Origin: Candidatus Latescibacterota bacterium
Lineage (GTDB): Bacteria; Latescibacterota; UBA2968; GCA-2709665
Direction: 5' to 3'
Assembly (NCBI GenBank): GCA_965219455.1
Contig: OZ244744.1
Span: forward strand, 704,001-768,000
DNA length: 64,000 nucleotides
Positions 1-8,588 of the stretch are shown one piece after another. The notes under the pieces are model-generated. The model had not been told where the DNA came from, made no database searches, and saw only the letters and a list, made by a program, of their open reading frames with translations. The translations under genes were made by a program, and so were the position numbers. Each line of letters begins with the position of its first letter. Position 1 is the stretch's first letter.

Positions 1-325
1 GATTCGACGTGAGAAACAGCGTTTTCCGGGTTGAACCCAACGCCAGCAGGTTACCGTCCGGTTCCCTGGCTTCCAGGTGTTCATATTTGGCGGGATCGTA
101 TTGCAGCGTCAGGCCGTATCCCTTCAGGTTTTTCGCCTGGGACAGCGAGAGACGCACCGTCAGAATCCCTTCTTCGGCAGCGCGATCGTCAACCCGCTCC
201 AGCTTGAGCGCCGCCAGCGCGTTCTCCCCGCCGGTAATGGTCAAACCCCGTGTCATGTCTCCGGCCAGCGCCGTTCCGGCCAATACGAACACCGCGCATA
301 TCGATGAAAAAAGACGATTCAACAT
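1..325 (-). CDS. 5' part of cohesin-like + FlgD-type protein (second copy of 4998-5807), cut by window edge
   Basis: 1-439 is nearly identical to 5483-5921 (offset 5482); ATG at 325 matches ATG at 5807 (MLNRLFSSIC...). Confidence 0.9.
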   Translation of the reverse strand, partial: MLNRLFSSICAVFVLAGTALAGDMTRGLTITGGENALAALKLERVDDRAAEEGILTVRLSLSQAKNLKGYGLTLQYDPAKYEHLEAREPDGNLLALGSTRKTLFLTSN

Positions 326-439
326 GGCTGCCTCCTTTTTCGGTTAACCTGCGGTTGTTACGGACGACCGTGACTCAAGCGTTTTCATGGGTCAGGCGCC
401 TCATTGTTGGAACGACGTGGCGGCAGCCTGCCCGGTCTC
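1..439. repeat. Direct repeat, copy 1 (copy 2 at 5483-5921)
   Basis: Aligned by eye; only two substitutions noticed (gaccg/gatcg, tcatgg/tcacgg); identity stops after cccggtctc. Confidence 0.95.
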
Positions 440-1597
440 GGAGGTCGCAAGATCCAACGCGATGCCGCGTGGGCTGAACAATCGTCTCGTGACGAGGTTT
501 TCGACGCCGCTTCCGTCCAGGTTGGACCGATGTATCCTCCCCGTTTCCCAATCGGTCCAGTACATCTTGCCGCCGGCCACGTCCAGTGCGATGCCCCATG
601 GGTCCACGATTCCCGTGGTGACGAGGGTTTCGACGTTGCTGCCGTCGAGGTTGGAACGCTGGATCTTATCCGCGTGGCGCCTTTCCCACTCGCCATAGTC
701 CGCCCAGTACATCTTGCCGCCTGACAAATCCAGCGCGATGCTCCATGGAGTCCCCAATCCTGTGGTGACGAGGTCTTCGACACCGCTGCCGTCGAGGTTG
801 GAACGCTGGATCTTATGCAATACCTGAACCGTCCAGTACATCTTGCCGCCGGCCGCGTCCAGCGCGATACCTCGTGGGGAAGAAAATCCGTCGTTCCGAG
901 TGACGAGGTCTTCGACACCGCTGCCGTCCAGGTTGGAACGCTGTATCTTATCCGTGGTCCAATCCGTCCAGTACATCTTGCCGCCGGCCACGTCCAGCGC
1001 GATGCCGCTTGGAGTCACCAATCCTGTGGTGACGAGGTCTTCGACACCGCTGCCGTCCAGGTTGGAACGCTGTATCTTATCCGTGTCCCGATCCGTCCAG
1101 TACATCTTGCCGCCGGCCACGTCCAAGGCGATGCCGTTTAGCGTGGTCAATCCTGAAGTGACGAGGTCCTCGACACCGCTGCCGTCCAGGTTGGAACGCT
1201 GTATCTTATCCGTGTCCCGATCCGTCCAGTACATCTTGTTCACATCCCCGGCGCCGTGCACAGTCACCTCTTTGCCGAAGTTCTCCGCAAAGATCAAAAA
1301 ATCCGCAAACCCGATCTCACCGTCATCGTTGAGATCGAACTGCGCGTCATATTCGACGTCACCCTGACTTAGTCCGAATTTTTCCGCGAACTTTACGAAA
1401 TCGCCAAAGCCGATCGTCCCGTCTCCGTCGAAGTCCGGAATAGACGCCGTATCGTCTCCGTTGGCGCTGATGGAGTTCATTGTAATCGCCTGGGTTGTTG
1501 TTCGCTCATCCTCAGCATTGGATCGCGTTGCGGCGTGGCACACGAATGCCAGCAGCGCAAGGGCGGCCAGGGACACCGTTCGTTTCGTGGAAGCCAT
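401..1597 (-). CDS. Secreted protein: signal peptide, EF-hand/dockerin-like pair, six YWTD (LDL-receptor class B) repeats
   Basis: PDFDGDGTIGFGDF...DLNDDGEIGFADF; six KMYWxD...IQRSNLDGS repeats with about 129 bp period; AGGAG upstream. Confidence 0.92.
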   Translation of the reverse strand: MASTKRTVSLAALALLAFVCHAATRSNAEDERTTTQAITMNSISANGDDTASIPDFDGDGTIGFGDFVKFAEKFGLSQGDVEYDAQFDLNDDGEIGFADFLIFAENFGKEVTVHGAGDVNKMYWTDRDTDKIQRSNLDGSGVEDLVTSGLTTLNGIALDVAGGKMYWTDRDTDKIQRSNLDGSGVEDLVTTGLVTPSGIALDVAGGKMYWTDWTTDKIQRSNLDGSGVEDLVTRNDGFSSPRGIALDAAGGKMYWTVQVLHKIQRSNLDGSGVEDLVTTGLGTPWSIALDLSGGKMYWADYGEWERRHADKIQRSNLDGSNVETLVTTGIVDPWGIALDVAGGKMYWTDWETGRIHRSNLDGSGVENLVTRRLFSPRGIALDLATSETGQAAATSFQQ

Positions 1598-1683
1598 CTG
1601 TCGAACTCCTCTCCTGTTGGCGCCGGATGCGCGAAACTGATCCTGATCAGGCGCCCGGGTTTCACCATCGAACGGCCCCGGGT

Positions 1684-1869
1684 TTACGTACCTAAAGCAT
1701 CGACAAACTTGAAGAAGTCCGCGTAATCCACCGTTCCGCTGCCTGTGACGCCGATCGTCCCCACGAGCCCACCGACGTTGTTGCTCCCTTCAGAGCCTAC
1801 CACCTTACCGGTCGCGTGGCCGGCGGCGATGCTGCCGACGTTGGCGCCCGAGACCGCAAGTACCCTCAC
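1684..1869 (-). pseudogene. Relic of a GLUG-motif protein joined to half an EF-hand/dockerin-like tag
   Basis: GSNNVGGLVG (GLUG-like) followed by GSGTVDYADFFKFVDALG; only 61 codons. Confidence 0.55.
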
Positions 1870-2083
1870 CGCGTCCGTTCTTCCTCCACGAAATAATCGA
1901 CGTCAGCCTGCGTAATCCGGATTGTTAAATTTCAATGGATTTCGATCGCATTTTCCGGCATAAAGTCTCTCTGGTTGACGATTCTGTTTTTTCGTTTGCA
2001 AATGTGGCCAAGGCAGGCTGACGATTATCCGGACATCGCGACTACGGGTCAGGTGCAGCCTGTTCCAATCGGATGCTGCCACC

Positions 2084-4840
2084 TTACGGACTAAATTGCG
2101 TTAGTACCCGTACGTCGCCGCGTTTGACTAAGACAATCCCGGTAAGACGGATACTCCCTCCCGCCCTGTGAACGGATCTTCCAACGACAACAAGGCCTTC
2201 ACCAGTGCTTAGGTGGCCTACCAGAATGGTTTGCCGTTCATTTACACAAAAAGTGTCCCGTCGAAATTCGAGACCAGCGCGGCAGATTGTGGCCTGATCA
2301 AGCAATCGCTGAGCCGCAGATCCTGTGGCATTTATCCAGGCATTAAGCGACGGGGTGCTTGGGACAGTATTGCCACCACTACCGCTTACCGTTATGCTCA
2401 CGCCAGCGGAGCAGTTGTTGTCGGTATCGGACTCCCCGGCCACCGCGTCTACACAGGCGCCGTAGTAGTAAGTCCCAGCACTCAAAGGCGCGTTCAGGCT
2501 GATGGACTCGGCGCTCGTGGCCGATGCCGCGAGTCCGTCGACGGTGTCTGTGCCCACTTCCGAGTCGTTACTTGAGATGGTTGCGTTGGTCGAACGGTAG
2601 TAGCGCAAGGTCGTCGCCGGAGACGAACCGATGCCCTGGTTGCGGACCGTCGCATCCAGATCGAACGATTGCCCGGTCGTTAACGTATTGTCGCTGACCG
2701 TTGGCGAGTCAACCATCAGATCAGGACTCCCACTTCCACCACCACCGCCGGCACCGGTCACTCTAATCGTGCCCGCAGTGACTCGCCCGCCCTCAATGCT
2801 GCAACCCTGGGCAGCAATACAGGTATATGTGGTTCCATCCTGTAGCTCCATTTGTCCACCATTCTGGAAGCTGAGAACTGTACGGCCTCCACTGCGGCTG
2901 ATACTTGCGCGACTGATTCGTCTGGGAAGAAAGAAGCCGGATGGATAATTGGGAAGCGACTCACCAACACCGTAGGTGTTACCACTACCGCCACCCCCAC
3001 CCCCGCCACCGGTTCCACTGCCTGGCGTCGTGCCGTCAACAATCGGAGACCACGGGTCCGGGGAACCGGTCTGGCACGAAGACGAGTTCCTGTATCGGTA
3101 CCGAAATTCGTAGGCCGTATTCGGCTCCAGGTTTGATGAGTAGATCCATGGACCCGCGTAGGTGGTGTTGGCTTCGTCCGACCGGTTACTGTATGTCACA
3201 CATATGTCGTTCCAACGACCTTGGGGCGTCTTTTCCCTCAATTGGAGATCATAGGCTCTGGTTTGTCCCGCCCGCCACGTGTCCAGAATGGCGAAATGCA
3301 GCGTATCAGCAGAAGCGCGCACGAATACTGGAGTCGAGAGATCAGAAAGCTCCCAATCCTGCTCTTCAATGGTGGTGCCATCGGCACAAGACAACCGTGC
3401 AGTGCCCGTGGTGGCTGCCGTGAAGGTCAGTTGGTTTGTACACCTGCCGCCGAGCCGCTCCGTATCGTCCCACGCTTGCACGAATTGGCCCGCATTCGCA
3501 CCCGTATTCGTGTATGTGTAACGTGCCCCGTGTCTCCGGAAGCCCGTAGTGGAACGGCCGGCAGACACGATATCCACTAACCACGTCTCCGCCCGAATTC
3601 GTTTGCCGACGGCCAGACGGTCAAAGGCACTCTGGTCTGCCGGGGCAAAGCCGGAGGATACCCGAGCGACGGTTACTGTCACTCCACGGGAGCAATTGTT
3701 CCGCGTGTCGCTCTCGCCGCTGACGTTATCAACGCACGCACCGTAGTAATACGTCCCGGCACTCGACGGCGCATTCAGGCTGATCGACTCGGCGCTCGCG
3801 CCCCCCGCCGACAGGCTGTTCACGCCGTCCGTGCCCACTTCCACGTCATTCGACGAGACCGTCGCGTTAGACGAACGATAACACCGCAAGGTCGTGGACC
3901 CAGACGAAGCATTGCCCCGATTGCGAACCGTGGCGCCCAACGTAAACGACTGCCCGGTCGTCAGCGTGTTGTCGTTGACCGAGGGCGATTCAACGATCAG
4001 ATCGGGGCTGCCGGACGGCGGGGCCGGTTCGACGGTACTTCCGAAATCGGCGGCAAATGCGAGAAAATCACCAAACCCGATCGCGCCGTCACCGTCCAGG
4101 TCGAACCGGGTATCGTACGTCCCATCGCCCTGTTGCGACCCGAATGCACCTGCGAAAGCCAGGAAGTCGGAGAATCCGACCGTTCCGTCGCCGTCGAAGT
4201 CGGGAGACGGTGTGGCGTTGAACGTGATCACGCTCGTGGTTTTGAGAGTGTCGATTCCCGATCGATCGCCCAACCGGACCGACTCGATCCCAATGGAAAA
4301 CCCCTTGCCCGTTACGTCTGAAACCGTCTCAAACTCGGCGCGCGCCAGAAATCCGGAGGGCGCCAATGATACGAGCGATATCCCACCAAAAGTTGTGCCC
4401 GTGGAACTATCCCCAAGTTTGGGTATTGCGCTGCCTTCGGCCGTACGAAAAGCAAGAAGTGAAGGATCAAAGTCGAATATGATTTCGAATCCAAACAGGA
4501 ACGTCCTCACGCCCGTTGCAAAAACCTCAACGGCAATCGTCGTTCCCTGTCCGGACACCGTGCCCGTGGTGACGCCGTCGTCCCTCTGGTTCCCGGCCCC
4601 GCCACTGGCGACCAGGTCCAGAGACAACACCGCGTTGGCGTTGCTGCCCAGGGCGATTTTTGCGCCGTGTACCGACATCGTGGCCTTGGCGTCCCCGTCA
4701 TTGGCATTGGTAACCAGCTCGCCGCCGGCAATCAGGTCCGAAGACAAAACCGCGTTTGCGCTTGACACGAGCAAAACCGCAGCGGAAACCACGAAAAACC
4801 CCAATGCAGCAATTAAGATAGTCCGACAAATCGGAGTCAT
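2084..4840 (-). CDS. Secreted modular protein: cohesin-like, EF-hand/dockerin-like pair, two CARDB domains, FnIII-like segment, Gly-rich linkers
   Basis: Signal peptide; PDFDGDGTVGFSDF; twice SPDLxVxSP...ATVRNxG...GTYYYGACVD...ESDTxNNCS; NLEPNTAYEFRYR. Confidence 0.88.
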   Translation of the reverse strand: MTPICRTILIAALGFFVVSAAVLLVSSANAVLSSDLIAGGELVTNANDGDAKATMSVHGAKIALGSNANAVLSLDLVASGGAGNQRDDGVTTGTVSGQGTTIAVEVFATGVRTFLFGFEIIFDFDPSLLAFRTAEGSAIPKLGDSSTGTTFGGISLVSLAPSGFLARAEFETVSDVTGKGFSIGIESVRLGDRSGIDTLKTTSVITFNATPSPDFDGDGTVGFSDFLAFAGAFGSQQGDGTYDTRFDLDGDGAIGFGDFLAFAADFGSTVEPAPPSGSPDLIVESPSVNDNTLTTGQSFTLGATVRNRGNASSGSTTLRCYRSSNATVSSNDVEVGTDGVNSLSAGGASAESISLNAPSSAGTYYYGACVDNVSGESDTRNNCSRGVTVTVARVSSGFAPADQSAFDRLAVGKRIRAETWLVDIVSAGRSTTGFRRHGARYTYTNTGANAGQFVQAWDDTERLGGRCTNQLTFTAATTGTARLSCADGTTIEEQDWELSDLSTPVFVRASADTLHFAILDTWRAGQTRAYDLQLREKTPQGRWNDICVTYSNRSDEANTTYAGPWIYSSNLEPNTAYEFRYRYRNSSSCQTGSPDPWSPIVDGTTPGSGTGGGGGGGGSGNTYGVGESLPNYPSGFFLPRRISRASISRSGGRTVLSFQNGGQMELQDGTTYTCIAAQGCSIEGGRVTAGTIRVTGAGGGGGSGSPDLMVDSPTVSDNTLTTGQSFDLDATVRNQGIGSSPATTLRYYRSTNATISSNDSEVGTDTVDGLAASATSAESISLNAPLSAGTYYYGACVDAVAGESDTDNNCSAGVSITVSGSGGNTVPSTPSLNAWINATGSAAQRLLDQATICRAGLEFRRDTFCVNERQTILVGHLSTGEGLVVVGRSVHRAGGSIRLTGIVLVKRGDVRVLTQFSP

Positions 4841-4997
4841 TGCAAAACCTCCCCTTTATCGACTTCGTATTGTGATTCTACGGTATGTTCAGCGCTCCGT
4901 ATGCGCCCCTCGGCACTCCCCCCAGGAGCAGCGCCGATACCTGTCGTGGTCAAGACGTTCGGGCGCATCGCCCGGATGGCGACATCTGCATATGGGC

Positions 4998-5807
4998 CTA
5001 TTTCAACAGCAACATCCGCCTGGACGCCGAGAATTCTCCGGCATGTATGCGGTACAGATAGACGCCGCTGGCCACGCGGCGGCCCAACGCGTCGGCGCCG
5101 TCCCACGTGGCCGTGAACGATCCCGCCTCCTTCGTCTCGTTCACCAGAACGCGCACCTCCTGTCCCAGCAGATTGTATATGGCCAGCCGGACCAGCCCCG
5201 CCTCGGGAAGCTGGTATCCGATTAACGTGGAGGGGTTGAACGGATTGGGCGCGTTCCGGTTCAGGCCGTACTGATCCGGCAGCGGCCGCAGGTTCCCGAT
5301 TTCAACGCGGGTCAGCATATCCACGGCGCCGTTTACGCCCACCAGCACGCTCTCGGAGACCTGAAAATCCGCCGCCGCCGGCGTGCCGCTCGTCTTGAAG
5401 ACAAGCTCCACGAGCATGCCCTCGCCGGTGGCGCCCTGACCGTCGACTCTCACCGCGCCGACGTTCAGATTTCCCGGCGTACGATTCGACGTGAGAAACA
5501 GCGTTTTCCGGGTTGAACCCAACGCCAGCAGGTTACCGTCCGGTTCCCTGGCTTCCAGGTGTTCATATTTGGCGGGATCGTATTGCAGCGTCAGGCCGTA
5601 TCCCTTCAGGTTTTTCGCCTGGGACAGCGAGAGACGCACCGTCAGAATCCCTTCTTCGGCAGCGCGATCGTCAACCCGCTCCAGCTTGAGCGCCGCCAGC
5701 GCGTTCTCCCCGCCGGTAATGGTCAAACCCCGTGTCATGTCTCCGGCCAGCGCCGTTCCGGCCAATACGAACACCGCGCATATCGATGAAAAAAGACGAT
5801 TCAACAT
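4998..5807 (-). CDS. Secreted cohesin-like domain + FlgD Ig-like (T9SS-type) C-terminal domain protein
   Basis: Signal peptide; LKGYGLTLQYDP...GEGMLVELVFK; NAPNPFNPST...WDG...VASGVYLYRI...RRMLLLK; AAGGAGG RBS. Confidence 0.88.
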   Translation of the reverse strand: MLNRLFSSICAVFVLAGTALAGDMTRGLTITGGENALAALKLERVDDRAAEEGILTVRLSLSQAKNLKGYGLTLQYDPAKYEHLEAREPDGNLLALGSTRKTLFLTSNRTPGNLNVGAVRVDGQGATGEGMLVELVFKTSGTPAAADFQVSESVLVGVNGAVDMLTRVEIGNLRPLPDQYGLNRNAPNPFNPSTLIGYQLPEAGLVRLAIYNLLGQEVRVLVNETKEAGSFTATWDGADALGRRVASGVYLYRIHAGEFSASRRMLLLK

Positions 5808-5921
5808 GGCTGCCTCCTTTTTCGGTTAACCTGCGGTTGTTACGGACGATCGTGACTCAAGCGTTTTCACGGGTCAGGCGCCTCATTGTTGGAACGACGT
5901 GGCGGCAGCCTGCCCGGTCTC
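5483..5921. repeat. Direct repeat, copy 2 (copy 1 at 1-439)
   Basis: Near identity with window start. Confidence 0.95.
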
Positions 5922-5974
5922 CTGGTTGGGCGCCGTCACCGGCAGCGCCGGAAGCGTGAACGACTGCCTCGGCG

Positions 5975-7918
5975 TCAGGGTGTTATTGTTGCCGACGTCG
6001 GAACCACCGAACCCTTCTCGGCCTCGACGTGCGCAGAACCCAACGCGATGCCTAATGGCCATCCCAATCCTGTGCTGAGGTCCTCGACGTCGCTGCCGTC
6101 GAGGTTGGAACGCTGGATCTTAGCCCTCGAATGCGTCCAGTACATTTTGCCGCCGGCCACGTCCAACGCGATACCTTTTGGCTCCCAGAATCCTGTGGTG
6201 ACGAGGTCTTCAACGCCGCTGCCGTCCAGGTTGGACCGCTGTATCTTTTCCGTGCCCGATTCCATTCGGTACATTTCCCTGCCCGAATCCGTCCAGTACA
6301 TTTTGCCGCCGGCCACGTCCAGCGCGATGCCTCGTGGGGTCCCCAATCCCGTGGTGACGAGGTTTTCAACACCGCTGCCGTCCAGGTTGGACCGCTGTAT
6401 CTTTTCCGTGCCGCTATCCACCCAGTACATTTTGCCGCCGGCCACGTCCAGCGTGATGCCTCGTGGGGTTTCCAATCCCGTGGTGACGAGGGTTTCAACG
6501 CCGCTGCCGTCCAGGTTGGACCGCTGTATCTTTTCCGTGCCCCAATCCGTCCAGTACATCTTACCGCCGGCCACGTCCAACGCGAAGCCTTGTGGGCGCT
6601 CCAATCCCGTGTTGACGAGGGTTTCGACGCCGCTGCCGTCGAGGTTGGACCGCTGTATCATATCCGCGACCGAATCCGTCCAGTACATTTTGCCGCCGGC
6701 TACGTCCAGCGCGATGCCGAACGGGGCCCCCGATCCGGTGGTGACGAGGGTTTCGACGCCACTGCCGTCGAGGTTGGACCGCTGAATTTTGCCCGTTTTC
6801 CAATCTGTCCAGTACATCCTGCTCACACCCCGAGCGCCTGGCGGGGTCACCGCGGCAACCGCTATACTAACGGCAGCGGAGCAGTTATTTCCGGTATCCG
6901 ATTCACCCGTCACCGCATCCACACAGGCCCCATAGTAATACGTTCCTGGCTCTGAAGGCGCCGTGAGGTCGATCGACTCGGCGCTGGCGCCGCCGGCCGC
7001 AAGTGCCCTCGCCGCATCCGTGCCGACTTGTTTATCGCTGGTGGAGACCGTCGCGTCGGTCGTGCGGTAGTAGCGCAACGTCGTTACGGCAGACGACCCG
7101 TTGCCCTGGTTGCGGACGGTGGCACCCAGCGTGAAGGTCGCGCCCGAAGCCACGTTTTTGTTGCCGACCGACGGCGATTGGACTACGAGATCAGGGCTAC
7201 CGCCGTTCCGTACGCCCGTTGACGGCGGCCCACCAAAACCCTCCGCAAAGAGCAGAAGGTCCACAAAATCGATCGAGCCATTGGAATTCAGATCGATCCC
7301 GGCATCGTACGTCTCATCGCCCTGCCGCGAGCCGAACACGCGTGCGAGAATCAGAAGGTCCGAGAATCCAACGAAGTCGTCGCCGTCGAAGTCGGGAGAA
7401 CGCGAGGCATTGAATCTGATCACGCTCGTGGTTATGAGTTCGTCGCTCGAAGTCATACTCTCGGCCAGCGTGACCGACCCGACGCCTATGGAAAACTCCG
7501 TGGCGGTTACGTCTGAAACCGTTTCAAATTCCGCCCGCGCCAAATAGCCTGACGACGCCAACGTGACCGGGTTGCGCGCCGCGAACTGGATGCCGATCGA
7601 GCCTTCCGGAGCCGTCAGGTAGAACGCGCTGTTTTCGGCCTTGACAAAGGACAGGACGGAAGCGTCAAATTCAAACTCGATGACCATACCCAGCAGAGAC
7701 GTCCTCACGCCCGTTGCGAAAATCTCAATGGCAATCGTCGTTCCCTGTCCGGAAACAACGCCGGACGTATTCCCGTCATCCGTCCGGTTGCCCGCCCCGC
7801 CGCCGGCGATGAGATCCAGCGACACCACGGCGTCCGCGTTGGGACCGGCTGACGTCTGCCCGGCAGACGCGAAGACCAGAATGGCAACTGCCAACCACAA
7901 ACGTTTCTTCGTAGTCAT
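5975..7918 (-). CDS. Secreted protein: cohesin-like, EF-hand/dockerin-like pair, CARDB, six YWTD repeats
   Basis: N-half homologous to 2084-4840, C-half homologous to 401-1597. Confidence 0.9.
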   Translation of the reverse strand: MTTKKRLWLAVAILVFASAGQTSAGPNADAVVSLDLIAGGGAGNRTDDGNTSGVVSGQGTTIAIEIFATGVRTSLLGMVIEFEFDASVLSFVKAENSAFYLTAPEGSIGIQFAARNPVTLASSGYLARAEFETVSDVTATEFSIGVGSVTLAESMTSSDELITTSVIRFNASRSPDFDGDDFVGFSDLLILARVFGSRQGDETYDAGIDLNSNGSIDFVDLLLFAEGFGGPPSTGVRNGGSPDLVVQSPSVGNKNVASGATFTLGATVRNQGNGSSAVTTLRYYRTTDATVSTSDKQVGTDAARALAAGGASAESIDLTAPSEPGTYYYGACVDAVTGESDTGNNCSAAVSIAVAAVTPPGARGVSRMYWTDWKTGKIQRSNLDGSGVETLVTTGSGAPFGIALDVAGGKMYWTDSVADMIQRSNLDGSGVETLVNTGLERPQGFALDVAGGKMYWTDWGTEKIQRSNLDGSGVETLVTTGLETPRGITLDVAGGKMYWVDSGTEKIQRSNLDGSGVENLVTTGLGTPRGIALDVAGGKMYWTDSGREMYRMESGTEKIQRSNLDGSGVEDLVTTGFWEPKGIALDVAGGKMYWTHSRAKIQRSNLDGSDVEDLSTGLGWPLGIALGSAHVEAEKGSVVPTSATITP

Positions 7919-8145
7919 CGGAGTACACCCTTTTCGTCAAGACGACCCGACACCGGACTTCGTCGCCGATATCGAACGGGCAACCCCCGGGCGGCCAGGG
8001 ACAACGTTCGTGCACGGGAAGCCATTTGTCGAACGCGTCTCCTTCCTGACGACTCGACCCTCACGCGTCTGTCCGATGTTTCCCTGAAATCGGATGGGGT
8101 GTGGTCTCACTGCAAAATTGCACACAGGTAACATTATTAGTATCA

Positions 8146-8174
8146 ATAATACCGTATGCTACACCGGGTTTCAA
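8146..8174 (-). promoter_or_regulatory. Sigma70-like promoter for the secreted-protein cluster
   Basis: TTGAAA-17 bp-TATTAT on minus strand in AT-rich intergenic DNA. Confidence 0.5.
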
Positions 8175-8588
8175 GAACGAAGGTTTGTCCTATCGTTCAA
8201 GTTTTGTTCCGTATTACTATTTCTTAAGTTCAGGACTGGAAAAACGGCCAGAATGTGGATTCATGCCCGACCTGACGGTGGCGGGGTATTGAACGTGACG
8301 GCGCTTGTCCTGATCGACGCACCGGTAATCCTGGCGGGGGACGCGGAGGGTAGACACGGCAAAGCAGGCAGACGCCGAAATGCACGTCAAGGCGCCCCAG
8401 ACCGCCGGTGGCCTGGCTCGGAGCAGGAGAGATTCTAGGCGCTCAATGAAGGAAGGAAAGTCGGGAAGAGAAAAGGGTCGAGGCGGGGGTGAGCGGCTTC
8501 GGCCCCTGTACTGGTTGTGCGATGAAATGGATGCGTCTGGCGGTTTTGGGCTGGATGGCTTCGTAATTCGAGTCGCTAAGCGGGTGGT

